This document shows, one piece after another, positions 38,387 through 48,340 of a DNA stretch of 64,000 nt. How positions within the stretch are numbered: position 1 is the first letter of the stretch; each line of letters begins with the position of its first letter. Source of the DNA: Polyangiaceae bacterium (GTDB lineage Bacteria; Myxococcota_A; Polyangia; Polyangiales; Polyangiaceae); NCBI GenBank assembly GCA_050287085.1, contig JBNKBE010000010.1, positions 64,001 to 128,000 of the forward strand, in the 5' to 3' direction. Position numbers and translations under genes: made by a program. The notes below the pieces were generated by a model that worked only from the letters and a program-made list of their open reading frames with translations, was not told the origin of the DNA and ran no database searches.

Positions 38387-40023
38387 AGGCTGCTCAGGGG
38401 TTGCGACGTGCGTTGGACGCGGATATGACAGCAGCACAACAGTTATCGGGTGACCCGCGTTTCGTGCTGGAGGCGCGCGCTTTGGTGAAGCGCTTCGTTG
38501 GCGTTGTGGCCCTCAAGGGTGTCGACTTTGATTTGCGACCTGGGGAAATCCACGCGCTCTGCGGCGAGAATGGCGCGGGGAAGTCCACGCTCATCAAGAC
38601 GCTTTCAGGCATTCACCCGCATGGAAGCTACGAGGGCCAGATCCTGATGGAGGGCGCGGAGCAGCGCTTCGCGTCGATCAACGATGCGGAAGGCGCGGGG
38701 CTCTCCGTTATTCATCAGGAGCTGGCGTTGGTTCCAGAGATGACGGTTGCCGAGAACATCTTCCTCGGTCATGAGCCTCGCCGGTTCGGTCTCGTCGATC
38801 ATGATAAGATGTACACGGTCGCCAGTGCGTTGCTGGACGGCTTCGGTATTGACGTGCCTGCGAACGCCCCGGTTGGGCAGTTGGGGGTCGGTCAGCAACA
38901 GTTGGTCGAAATCGCGAAAGCGCTGCGCAAGGAGTCAAAAGTACTCATCCTGGATGAGCCGACTGCTGCACTCACGGAGCAAGAGGTGGAAATCCTACTG
39001 CGCATCGTCAAAGACCTGCGCGATCGAGGCACCAGCTGCGTCTACATATCCCACAAGCTGGACGAGGTCTTTGCCATCGCCGATCGCATCACCGTGCTGC
39101 GCGACGGTGAGACGGTTGCTACCCTGAAAGCCGCTGAGACCAGCAAGGATGAAGTCATCAGCAACATGGTGGGTAGGACCATTGATGAGCTGTTCCCGCG
39201 GCGCAGGAGTCCAGTTGGAGACGTGGCGCTCGAAGTTCAGTCGCTGAGCGTGTCAGAGTTCGTGGACGAGCGGCCCTTTCTCAGAGACGTATCGTTTACG
39301 TTGCGGCAGGGGGAGGTGCTTGGCTTTGGCGGCCTAATGGGCGCTGGCCGTAGTGAGCTGCTGATGCATCTGTTCGGGGTTTGGGGACATCGCCAGGGCG
39401 GGACTGCGCGGCTCGGGCAAGAGCCCCTGGCCAAGACCCCGCAGGGGTGTATTCAGCAGGGGCTCGTGCTGGTGACCGAAGACCGCAAGCGCTATGGGCT
39501 CGTTTTGGAGCAAACGGTGGGCTTCAATCTCTCGCTGTCCTCGCTGGAGTCGTTTTCGCCTCATTGGTTCGTGAACAAAGACGACGAGGTGCGCGCCAAC
39601 CAGAGATACGTGAGCTCTCTGCGCATCAAAGTGCCCAGCCAGGAAACCCCGACCGTGACTCTTTCGGGCGGCAATCAGCAGAAGGTGGTCATTGGTAAGG
39701 CGCTCATGACCCAACCCAAGGTGGTTCTTCTGGACGAGCCGACGCGCGGCATCGACGTTGGGGCAAAGCTCGAAATCTATGAGCTCATCAATGAACTGAC
39801 GGATCAGGGACTCGCGGTCATTCTGGTTTCGAGTGAGCTTCCGGAACTGATCGGTATGAGCGACCGCATTATCATGCTCGCCGAGGGTGAAGTTGGAGGC
39901 AGTTTCGAAGGCGACGCCATTACGCAGGAAGCTCTCCTGGCGGCGGCTATGCATGAACATGGGGTGCGTGAGCACCACGAAAGCGACAAGCCTGCGGCGA
40001 GCTCGCAGGTGGAGGAATCATGA
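38383..40023 (+). CDS. xylG: D-xylose ABC transporter ATP-binding protein
   Basis: GENGAGKST, HPHGSYEG, LSGGNQQKV, DEPTRGIDVG. Confidence 0.9.
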   Translation: MKAAQGLRRALDADMTAAQQLSGDPRFVLEARALVKRFVGVVALKGVDFDLRPGEIHALCGENGAGKSTLIKTLSGIHPHGSYEGQILMEGAEQRFASINDAEGAGLSVIHQELALVPEMTVAENIFLGHEPRRFGLVDHDKMYTVASALLDGFGIDVPANAPVGQLGVGQQQLVEIAKALRKESKVLILDEPTAALTEQEVEILLRIVKDLRDRGTSCVYISHKLDEVFAIADRITVLRDGETVATLKAAETSKDEVISNMVGRTIDELFPRRRSPVGDVALEVQSLSVSEFVDERPFLRDVSFTLRQGEVLGFGGLMGAGRSELLMHLFGVWGHRQGGTARLGQEPLAKTPQGCIQQGLVLVTEDRKRYGLVLEQTVGFNLSLSSLESFSPHWFVNKDDEVRANQRYVSSLRIKVPSQETPTVTLSGGNQQKVVIGKALMTQPKVVLLDEPTRGIDVGAKLEIYELINELTDQGLAVILVSSELPELIGMSDRIIMLAEGEVGGSFEGDAITQEALLAAAMHEHGVREHHESDKPAASSQVEES

Positions 40024-41162
40024 ACACACAGGCGAAAGTCAATCTGCGCGACTTTTCCATGCTGATCGCGCTGATTTTGATCGCCACCTACTTCTGGTGG
40101 ATGGACTCGGCGTTCCTGAGTGCACGCAACTTATCGCAGCTATCGATTGAGCTTTCTGCGACCGCGGTCCTGGCGTTGGGCATGTTGCTCATCATCGTGC
40201 CGGGCCATATCGACCTGAGCGTGGGCAGTGGCGTAGGCTTGATGGGTGGGCTTGCGGCCATCCTCATCGTTCGAGATGGCTTGCCGGCGCCGCTATCCTT
40301 GCTGATCACAATGGCCGCGAGCGTTGCCGTCTATGCAGCGATGGGCGCTATCGTCGTCAAAGAAAAGATCCCTGCGTTCATCATCACGTTGGGCGGCTTG
40401 TTGATATTCAAGGGCGTCCACTGGCTGGTTATCGAGAACAAGACGGTACCCGTGGTGCATGGCACGGGCAGCAACCTGTATTCCATCCTTACCACGTACT
40501 ACCTGCCGCCAGTCTTTGGGCTGGCAATGGCGGCGGTGGTGGTCGGTAGTCTGGGGTTCGCGATGTGGCGTAGTCTCCGGCAACGCAAAGCCCGCGGCTT
40601 CGAGATCGATTCTGAGGCATCGTTTCTGCGCTGGTTCCTGTCTGCGCAGGTGCTCGGGCTATTCGTGCTGGTGATGAACCAATATCGCGGCGTGCCCCTA
40701 AGCGTACTGGTGCTCGGAAGCACGGCGTTCGTCATTCACGTGGTAGCTCAGCACTTGCGATTGGGGCGCTACCTGTTTGCGATCGGTGGCAACGAGGAGG
40801 CAGCGCTTGTCTCCGGGGTTCCAACTGGCAAAGTGGTTATCGGTGCGTTTGCCATCATGGGCGTCATCGTGGCGATCGCAGGCTATTTGCAGACAGCATT
40901 TGCCGGCGCGTCGACGACGACTACCGGTCAGCTCATGGAGCTCGATGCCATCGCCGCGTGTGTGATCGGCGGAACGTCCCTGAAAGGGGGACGGGGAACG
41001 GTCGTTGGAGTTCTCTTTGGGGCTCTCATCATGGCAACCTTGCTCAACGGAATGACGCTGCTAGCACTTTCCCCGGAGATGAAGTTTATCGCTCGCGGCG
41101 GCGTGCTTGCCCTTGCGGTCTGGATGGACATTCGGCTTTCTCGGGGGACGTCGCGCGCGTAG
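40020..41162 (+). CDS. xylH: Sugar (xylose) ABC transporter permease
   Basis: GHIDLSVGS, IPAFIITLGG, AIGGNEEAA, ELDAIAACVIGGTS. Confidence 0.88.
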   Translation: MNTQAKVNLRDFSMLIALILIATYFWWMDSAFLSARNLSQLSIELSATAVLALGMLLIIVPGHIDLSVGSGVGLMGGLAAILIVRDGLPAPLSLLITMAASVAVYAAMGAIVVKEKIPAFIITLGGLLIFKGVHWLVIENKTVPVVHGTGSNLYSILTTYYLPPVFGLAMAAVVVGSLGFAMWRSLRQRKARGFEIDSEASFLRWFLSAQVLGLFVLVMNQYRGVPLSVLVLGSTAFVIHVVAQHLRLGRYLFAIGGNEEAALVSGVPTGKVVIGAFAIMGVIVAIAGYLQTAFAGASTTTTGQLMELDAIAACVIGGTSLKGGRGTVVGVLFGALIMATLLNGMTLLALSPEMKFIARGGVLALAVWMDIRLSRGTSRA

Positions 41163-41235
41163 GGCACAGCGACGAGCCCGCCCGCCGCGGTAAGAGGATC
41201 GGCCAGCATAGCATGACTTTCCCATTCGCGGGCCC

Positions 41236-42669
41236 TTAGCCGAGCCTCCCGCGGGCGATTCGGTAGCGGGCGAGGCCCCTGGGATCGGGCTCGAAGCGCA
41301 GTGTGTGACGCAACCACGGCAAGTGCTCTTCTTCACGGTGTGTGACAAAGAGCACGGTGGTGCGTTCAAGCTCTGCCAGGCGCGTGAGGTAAGTCAAGAC
41401 CAGCAGGCTGCTGGAGTCATCGAGCCCCTGGGTTGGTTCATCCAGCAGGAGCAGAGGCGGTTGTTTGACCAGCGCGCGGGCGACGAGCACGAGCCGCTGT
41501 TCTCCAAACGATAGCCGGCCGAAGGGAGCCTCTGCGAGCGCGTCCAGGTCGAAGACCCGTAGCCACGCTCGAGCTAGATGTACCTGCTCTTGGGTCGGGG
41601 CTGCGTACAGCCCAATACTATCGAAGAAGCCCGATAGCGTCACATTGAGAACGCTCGCGGCGACGCGATAGTCGCGGTGTAGCGCTGGAGACACCATTGC
41701 CAGGTTGCGCTTGACCTCCCAAATGCTCTCGCCGCTACCGCGATTGAAACCGAGTACCTGAACGTCGTTGCTGTAGCATTGAGGATGGTCGCCGCTGATG
41801 AGTTGCAATAGGGTGGACTTGCCGCAGCCATTGGGACCGTGAATCAAGGTGTGTTGCCCAGATTCCAGACTCCAATCAAAGTTGGCAAATTGTACCTTGT
41901 CTGAGTAGGCGACGCGGACCTGGCGCATCAGGAGCAGCGGCTGCGGTACGGCTGTGCGGAGCGGGCTGTGCGGTAGTGTTACTTTGCGCTTCGCCTGTGT
42001 GTTCGCTGCTTGGAGGTCGGTCTGGCGGCAGAGCTCTTCGCGAGGCCCCTCCAGCTTGATTTGGCCGTCTACGAGCAGCGCGACGCGTTTGCACCAGCTC
42101 GGTACGTCGTCCTGTCGATGGGCGAATACGAGGACCCATTGTCCGCTGTCCGCCAGCTTTCCGAGCCATTCGGAAAGGCTCCTACGGCTCTCCACGTCAA
42201 GCGCTTCGAAAGGCTCGTCCAACACCAAGAGTTCGGGCGCGAGGAGTACGGCACCGAGCAGCTCGATGCGTCGCCATTCCCCGGAGGAGAACTGACGGCA
42301 GCCGCGGGAGAGGAGCTCGCCCGCGCCGAAGCGCGTGGCCAGGTCACAGATCAGCTCCATGGATGCGCCCGATTCGAGCAGTATTTCGAGGCCTGTGCTA
42401 CCGAAGTCCACTTCGTCCGTGAAGTCGCTATCGTCCTCGCGGCGTTCGCGCTCGTAGCGTGCGCGCGTGGCTTCAAAGGAGACCCAGGCCGTAGACTCTG
42501 GGGGGCTTTCGATATCCGCTTCGGCTGGGGTGATGGCTCCTGCGAACACGCCGGCGAGCGTGCTCTTGCCCGACGCGTTGCCTCCTAGAACGCAGCACGG
42601 CACACCCGGTTCCAGCGTCCAGTCGTGTACGTTCAGGGTGCCATGTCGCAATGCCCGTACCTTCATCAT
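41236..42669 (-). CDS. modF: ModF-like dual ABC ATPase
   Basis: Two Walker A (GGNASGKST, GPNGCGKST), GDHPQCYSND, RGSGESIWEVK. Confidence 0.85.
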   Translation of the reverse strand: MMKVRALRHGTLNVHDWTLEPGVPCCVLGGNASGKSTLAGVFAGAITPAEADIESPPESTAWVSFEATRARYERERREDDSDFTDEVDFGSTGLEILLESGASMELICDLATRFGAGELLSRGCRQFSSGEWRRIELLGAVLLAPELLVLDEPFEALDVESRRSLSEWLGKLADSGQWVLVFAHRQDDVPSWCKRVALLVDGQIKLEGPREELCRQTDLQAANTQAKRKVTLPHSPLRTAVPQPLLLMRQVRVAYSDKVQFANFDWSLESGQHTLIHGPNGCGKSTLLQLISGDHPQCYSNDVQVLGFNRGSGESIWEVKRNLAMVSPALHRDYRVAASVLNVTLSGFFDSIGLYAAPTQEQVHLARAWLRVFDLDALAEAPFGRLSFGEQRLVLVARALVKQPPLLLLDEPTQGLDDSSSLLVLTYLTRLAELERTTVLFVTHREEEHLPWLRHTLRFEPDPRGLARYRIARGRLG

Positions 42670-42932
42670 CTTCCAAGGTACACGACTTCGACCCCAAGGG
42701 TGGCCCGGGCATGCCCTTGGGGTCCAGTCTTTGAGTGCAGAAGCAGGGAGCGAGTCTTCGCGCTCCCTGCGCTTTCGGTTTCGGCCGGTGGGAGGGGCTC
42801 GGTTTCGGGGGGGGCGGACGCGGCTTTGCCTTGCTGAGCTCTGGGCAGACAGCGGGAATGGGGGTCAGGGCCTGGTGGCCCTTGACCGAGTGCCGACTGT
42901 GTGAGGAATCTTGTCCGAAAGATCCATGAAAC

Positions 42933-44318
42933 ATGGACTGGAGCGATGCTGAGCGTATGCAAGGAAATCTGAGTGAGCGAGAACGGGTGAGCAAGGTCGT
43001 TGCCGCCGATCTGCAGGTGGACGTCCTCGGACGGTGCGGCTACGACTCGCCGCTGGCGCGCCGTCTCGTGGGGTCCCCGGTGCACTACACAGGCGCTGCG
43101 GAGCGCGTTCTGCTGGAAGACGGCTACCAGCGCCTGCTGGAGCGCCGTGCTGACCTCGACTCGCTACCGAGTTTCGAAATGGCTGGGCCTCGCAATCAGT
43201 TGTTCTTTGAGCCGGCGCAGGTGCGCGCTGCGATCGTGACGTGTGGTGGTCTTTGCCCCGGCTTGAACAACGTTGTGCGCGGCCTAGTGACAGAGTTGGT
43301 CGATGGCTATCACGTCTCGCAGGTGCTCGGCTTTCGCTATGGCTACGAAGGTATGATCGAGCAAAACGGGATCGCGCCCATTGAGCTGACGCCCAGGAAC
43401 ACCGCTGGCATTCATCACGACGGCGGTACGATCCTCGGCAGTTCTCGGGGCGCACAAGATCCGGTGATCATGGTCGACTACCTGCAGAAGTTGGGCATCA
43501 ATGCTCTATTCGTCATCGGGGGGGACGGCACATTCCGGGGGGCTATGGCGTTGGTAAAGGAGATAGGTCGTCGCAATGCGGCTATTTCGGTCATCGGTGT
43601 ACCCAAGACGATAGACAACGACATCCACTTCATCGACCGCAGCTTCGGTTTCGAGACGGCTTTCTCGGCCGCCGTTGACGTCGTTCGCAGCGCCTACGCA
43701 GAGGCGAGAGGGGCGCGCAATGGTGTAGCCGTGGTCAAGCTGATGGGTCGGCACTCAGGGTTTATTGCGTGTCACGCTGCGTTGGCATCCACCGACGTGG
43801 ATGCTGTGCTCATTCCTGAGATTCCGCTCCAACTCGAAGGAGAACACGGACTGTTCTCCTACTTGCAGGCAAGGCTCAAGGCGCAGTCCAACGCTCTGGT
43901 GGTTGTGGCAGAAGGTGCCGGACAAGATCTCTGTGCGGACGCTGCTGGGCCCGAGACCGATCGTAGCGGCAACGCCCGCCTCGCAGACATCGGTACACTG
44001 GTTCGCGATCGATTGAGCGCGCATTTTCGCCAACTTGGTATCGACATCACCCTGAAGTACATGGACCCGAGCTATCATATTCGCAGTGTTCCGGCGTCGC
44101 CCGCCGATAGCGTGTTTTGTTGGCACTTGGCACGCAATGCGGTCCATGCGGCGATGGCGGGCAATACCAATATGCTGATTGGACGTTGGCATGGCCGCTT
44201 CGTGCACGTGCCGATGCCGCTTGCTACGAGATACCGGCGACAGGTTAATCCTCATGGTGATCTATGGGCCGCGGTGGTTGAGTCTACCGGGCAACCGAAT
44301 GCGTTCGCACCCCAGTAG
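42933..44318 (+). CDS. pfkA: ATP-dependent 6-phosphofructokinase
   Basis: TCGGLCPGLN, GGTILGSSRG, GGDG, PKTIDND, MGRHSG, DPSYHIR; start uncertain. Confidence 0.93.
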   Translation: MDWSDAERMQGNLSERERVSKVVAADLQVDVLGRCGYDSPLARRLVGSPVHYTGAAERVLLEDGYQRLLERRADLDSLPSFEMAGPRNQLFFEPAQVRAAIVTCGGLCPGLNNVVRGLVTELVDGYHVSQVLGFRYGYEGMIEQNGIAPIELTPRNTAGIHHDGGTILGSSRGAQDPVIMVDYLQKLGINALFVIGGDGTFRGAMALVKEIGRRNAAISVIGVPKTIDNDIHFIDRSFGFETAFSAAVDVVRSAYAEARGARNGVAVVKLMGRHSGFIACHAALASTDVDAVLIPEIPLQLEGEHGLFSYLQARLKAQSNALVVVAEGAGQDLCADAAGPETDRSGNARLADIGTLVRDRLSAHFRQLGIDITLKYMDPSYHIRSVPASPADSVFCWHLARNAVHAAMAGNTNMLIGRWHGRFVHVPMPLATRYRRQVNPHGDLWAAVVESTGQPNAFAPQ

Positions 44319-44363
44319 TCTGAAGCGGTTGCATTGTTGGCGCAAAGAGCCCATCCTGCTGCG

Positions 44364-44708
44364 ATGAGCGAAGACGTAGCTTGCGGTCTGGCTGCCGAGG
44401 TGTGTGAACCATGTCGAGGTGGTGTTCCTGCTTTGACCGAGGAGCAATATGGGCCGCTCTTTGCGGAGCTTTCGGGGTGGGAGGTAGTGGCGGGACACCA
44501 TCTGCAGAAGCAATACGACTTCCCGGACTTCGTCTCGGCGCTTGGGCGGCTCAATCAGATTGCAGCTCTGGCAGAGTCGGTGGGTCATCACCCAGACCTA
44601 CATCTTTCCTGGGGCCGATTGGTGATCCAGATCTGGACCCACAAGGTCGACGGGCTCACCCGCGCCGACTTTGTTTTCGCCGCCAAATGCGACGTACTGG
44701 GCGAATAG
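44364..44708 (+). CDS. phhB: Pterin-4-alpha-carbinolamine dehydratase
   Basis: CEPCRGG, GHHPDL, WTHKVDGL, DFVFAAK. Confidence 0.92.
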   Translation: MSEDVACGLAAEVCEPCRGGVPALTEEQYGPLFAELSGWEVVAGHHLQKQYDFPDFVSALGRLNQIAALAESVGHHPDLHLSWGRLVIQIWTHKVDGLTRADFVFAAKCDVLGE

Positions 44709-44788
44709 GGCCGCTGTTCGGGGGTGAGCTCTCGCGGGCGGCCACTGCGGGCGTTGCCCGTCCAGGTGGGATGCACTAGCCTCACCCC

Positions 44789-46789
44789 ATGCGCTCAGGC
44801 TCCGCAGGAGACGAAGACGGCGGAGACAACGAGGCCCTGGGCCCCACGGTCCGTCCCCCGCGAGTCCCTTTGCCGAGCTTTGCCCTGCGGGACGAGGCTG
44901 AGCTCGGCGATCCGCGCGTGGGGCAGGTGATTGCGGGGCGCTATCGCATCGAGGAGTTGCTGGGGCGTGGAGGGATGGGTGCGGTCTACCGCGCAACCCA
45001 CATTCACATGCGCAAAGCCGTAGCCGTCAAACTTCTGCATCGCGAGATGACCTCGCGGAAGCAGGCGGTCGCGCGCTTTGAGCGGGAAGCGATTGCCGCC
45101 GGGCGGGTACAACACCCCAACGTGGCCGTGGCTACGGACTTCGGTCGCCTGCCAGATGATACTTGCTACCTGGTCCTGGAGTATGTGCCCGGCGAAAGCC
45201 TGCGCCGGGTCTTGAGTACCCGGGGACCCTTGCCCGCGAGGCAGGTGGTTTCGTGGCTGATGCAGGTGGCGCAAGCCTTGGTTGCGGCACACGCGCAGGG
45301 GGTCGTTCATCGCGATCTGAAGCCCGAAAACATCATCGTTCAGCCGGATGAGGGTGGCAGCGGCGAGCTTGTCAAAGTGCTCGACTTTGGGCTTGCGAAG
45401 CTCACCCTCGATGAGGACGATGGTGAGACGGCGCCAACCCTGCTCACCCGTCAGGGGTTGGTCTTCGGCACGCCCAAGTATATGTCACCCGAGCAGGCTT
45501 CCGGGAAAGCGGCCGACGAGCGCAGTGACCTCTATGCGCTCGGTATCTTGGGCTACGAGATGCTTGCTGGGCAAGCACCGTTTCGGGGCGAGGAGATGCT
45601 GGCGGTCTTGACGATGCACGTTCACCAACCGCCCCCCCCGCTACCTGGGAGCGTGCCGCCGGACTTGAGTCTATTGATCGGGCGGCTCCTAGCAAAAGCG
45701 CCGGCTGAAAGACCCCAAACGGCCCAGGCGGTGGTGGAGGCCCTGGCCAGCGTCGACGTTGGCTCCACGGCGAGTCACGAGAGCTCCGCTATGGCCTTGT
45801 TTGCGCGCTGTCGGCGGGCGTCCCTCACCACAGTGCGGCGCGGCGCGTCGTGGCTCCGGCCTCGCCTGGTACGCTGGCGGGCGCGTTCTGCATTGATTGC
45901 GCGCCAGGCCTTTGCCTTCGCCAGCGCTCGGGTACCGGTGCTCCGTCACCTGCAGCGGGAGGTGGCGGTGGGCAGCGTTCGCTTCGCCCTGGGCGCGTGG
46001 CTCGCGGCGGCCCTGGGGATGGGTCTACTTGTGTGGGGAGCCGGAGCCGCCATATATGGTCCTGTTCCAGCCGCGCGTGTGGGGCTCCCCGTCGTGGAGA
46101 AGGATGCTGGCGCTGTCACTCCAAGCCCCATAACGCCATCGAGCGGGCCATCCCCTCGCATCGCGGCGATCGAAGCGCTCCCGCCCTACCAGCGCAAATT
46201 GCACCATTGGTTGGAGCTTGGCAAACTGCAGCGAGAGGCGGGTGACTGGCGAGCGAGCGTGTCCGCCTATCGCAACGCACTGCAGCTCGATAAGAGCGCA
46301 GGGGAAGATCCAGGCTTATTGATCACGTTGCGCGCGGCGGTCGAGCGTCGCAAGACGTACGAGAACGCCATCAACGTCGCGGCCAATCAGCTGGGTGCGG
46401 TGGGTCTAGACTTGTTGTTCGACTTCTGGGACGCCGAGAAGGGCAAACGGCAACGGGTGCTGATGACTGAGCTTGCCCACAAGACCCTCGCGATCGCCTA
46501 TCTGAACAAGGCCTCGCCGGCTTTGCGCGTCCGGCTGGACCTGGAATTTGCCAAATCAGGTGATTGTGACGCTATCGGTCGTATTCTTAGACGGGCCGTG
46601 CGCTACGCTGATCAACGCAGCGTTCAGGTGCTCGAGGCCCTTGAAACTCGTACGGGTTGTGGCGTGATGAACGAGGAAGACTGCTACCCGTGCATCCGCG
46701 ACGACGACACACTGGCGCTCGCACTGCAGACAGCACGTGAGCAGCCACCGCCCCGCTTCACGGACGCCGGCTACGTACCCTCTCCCTGA
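44789..46789 (+). CDS. Hanks-type Ser/Thr protein kinase with TM segment and TPR-like C-terminal domain
   Basis: LGRGGMGAVY, VAVK, HRDLKPEN, DFG, GTPKYMSPEQ; TM near aa 400-422. Confidence 0.95.
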   Translation: MRSGSAGDEDGGDNEALGPTVRPPRVPLPSFALRDEAELGDPRVGQVIAGRYRIEELLGRGGMGAVYRATHIHMRKAVAVKLLHREMTSRKQAVARFEREAIAAGRVQHPNVAVATDFGRLPDDTCYLVLEYVPGESLRRVLSTRGPLPARQVVSWLMQVAQALVAAHAQGVVHRDLKPENIIVQPDEGGSGELVKVLDFGLAKLTLDEDDGETAPTLLTRQGLVFGTPKYMSPEQASGKAADERSDLYALGILGYEMLAGQAPFRGEEMLAVLTMHVHQPPPPLPGSVPPDLSLLIGRLLAKAPAERPQTAQAVVEALASVDVGSTASHESSAMALFARCRRASLTTVRRGASWLRPRLVRWRARSALIARQAFAFASARVPVLRHLQREVAVGSVRFALGAWLAAALGMGLLVWGAGAAIYGPVPAARVGLPVVEKDAGAVTPSPITPSSGPSPRIAAIEALPPYQRKLHHWLELGKLQREAGDWRASVSAYRNALQLDKSAGEDPGLLITLRAAVERRKTYENAINVAANQLGAVGLDLLFDFWDAEKGKRQRVLMTELAHKTLAIAYLNKASPALRVRLDLEFAKSGDCDAIGRILRRAVRYADQRSVQVLEALETRTGCGVMNEEDCYPCIRDDDTLALALQTAREQPPPRFTDAGYVPSP

Positions 46790-46906
46790 GCGCGCTCGCG
46801 GGAGCGTCTGGATCGAGTCAGGCCACGAGCTGCTGTCGCCGTACCTCCTGTTGAAGGCTGAAGGTGATACCGGGTGGAGACGTAGCCTTTGAAGTTCAGG
46901 TGGCGA

Positions 46907-46936
46907 GAGGGAGCGCACCGCAAAATGCGCTCCCTC
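46907..46936. terminator. 11-bp stem-loop between convergent genes
   Basis: GAGGGAGCGCA-CCGCAAAA-TGCGCTCCCTC. Confidence 0.6.
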
Positions 46937-46969
46937 ATAGCAGCTGGCCACGGGTAGTCAGTGAACTAC

Positions 46970-47707
46970 CTAGTTAATCCCTTTGCTGTCATCCTCAAGG
47001 TTTTCGACCTTCGTCTTGTTGCCATTCCACTTTTTTACTTTATGTAGCAGGTATGCGAATGTGGTGTTTGTGGGAATGGAAACGCTGCTGGTCGTGGTGC
47101 CGCAGCTGCTGCCGCCAATAGCCACGTCCAAGCTGCCATTGCTGCCGGAACCCGAGACCGAGCCGCAGTTGGTAATCTTTTCAGCGAGGGACGCCTCCGT
47201 GGCAATCCACACTTCACTGACGATGCGGCCATCGTTACCCTCATTCTTGAGATAGTTGCGCGCGCCGTCGGCTTCTTGGTTCAGCAGCTTCTTTAGCTGG
47301 CCTTCGTCCAGAGAGAGCTTCACAAGCTTGAGGTTTGCGCTCTTGGCCGCGTCGCGGTTGAAGCTGCCGGTGCCCCCGGCTGTCTTGAGGTACTTGATGG
47401 ACGCGTTGACGTCCGATTTCGAGTATTTGCTCCAGTCGATGGCATAGGGCCCGGCGATCTTGACTTTTACTTTACCCAGCTTGTCTCGATTAACGTCGTT
47501 CTGTACGGCGAGGTAGTTGGGTGAGCCCAGTGGGGTCTTCTTCTCACCGTATGAGGCGAGAACGATGTTCTCCGATTTGGCGCGAAAGTAGGATACGCCG
47601 TTGTACTTGAACTTGGATTGGGTGATGGCCACCGATGCGGCGTAGGCGGCGGTTGCGACAAGTACCCCGGCGCAGAGCAGCGCCGTCGCGAAAGCATGCT
47701 TCTTCAT
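46970..47707 (-). CDS. Secreted Lys-rich protein, candidate gasdermin-like pore-forming fold
   Basis: GGGGAG RBS; Sec signal MKKHAFATALLCAGVLVATAAYA; by-eye colinearity with gasdermin N-terminal domain (LSLDEGQLKKLLNQ, YLKNEGNDGRIVSEV, VSIPTNTTFAYLLHKV). CDS is solid; fold is inference. Confidence 0.65.
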   Translation of the reverse strand: MKKHAFATALLCAGVLVATAAYAASVAITQSKFKYNGVSYFRAKSENIVLASYGEKKTPLGSPNYLAVQNDVNRDKLGKVKVKIAGPYAIDWSKYSKSDVNASIKYLKTAGGTGSFNRDAAKSANLKLVKLSLDEGQLKKLLNQEADGARNYLKNEGNDGRIVSEVWIATEASLAEKITNCGSVSGSGSNGSLDVAIGGSSCGTTTSSVSIPTNTTFAYLLHKVKKWNGNKTKVENLEDDSKGIN

Positions 47708-48039
47708 GTTCGTTCTCCCCAAAGAATGTGGATGTCAGTAGGCTGGCATCGAACTTCAACAATCCGACCCCGCAAAGAGTTAGCCCGTAGCAGGCGAATG
47801 TTCCACCGCTCCACCGCGGATTTATGTTTTTTGGTGGGCACGAGCACCCCATGGGTCCAGTGACTGCGCCCAATACCCCCAAGTGCCGGAGCATACTCTC
47901 TAGGGGGGCAATGTGGGACCGTCCGACTGCACAAGTTGGTGCTTCCATGCGGCTATGAGTGACTTGGGAACGTCTGTGGTCGTGGCGACCGCGTTGAACG
48001 CCTCGATTGAGCTCTGGCTTACTCATCGCAGACGCGTCT

Positions 48040-48340
48040 CTAAGCCGTGCCCATCACGGACCGTAACAGGGCAGCTCTTCTGCAAGCGAGATTGTCGACG
48101 ATAGTCCGGGATTGGGCACTCGCACGTGGACGGCGCACTGCAATGGCAGGACCTGCTATTGCTCTGCACACAGCGGTGGCAACGATTCCACCTCGCAGGT
48201 GTCGTGCCAGGAAGCCTTTGCGTCGGGCGACGCTCCTGAAGCCGCGGCCGAGAACGAGGGACCAGAGGGTGGAGCCGGCTGCGTATACGATACCCAATGC
48301 CGGCTCTGCGACAACGGCGAGTGTGGCGTGCGCAGATTAA
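48040..48340 (+). pseudogene. Probable degraded Cys-rich lipoprotein gene
   Basis: TRTWTAHCNGRTCYCS and GCVYDTQCRLCDNGEC in one frame, VTGQLFC in another; no intact signal peptide. Confidence 0.35.

Noticed and set aside
46980..47005. Caspase-like site LEDD|S in the gasdermin-like tail
   Set aside because: Cleavage would remove only 5 residues and no caspase-like gene is nearby; too weak to claim
47720..47900. Riboswitch in the leader of the gasdermin-like gene
   Set aside because: Could not match c-di-GMP or other aptamer consensus by eye; needs an Infernal/Rfam scan
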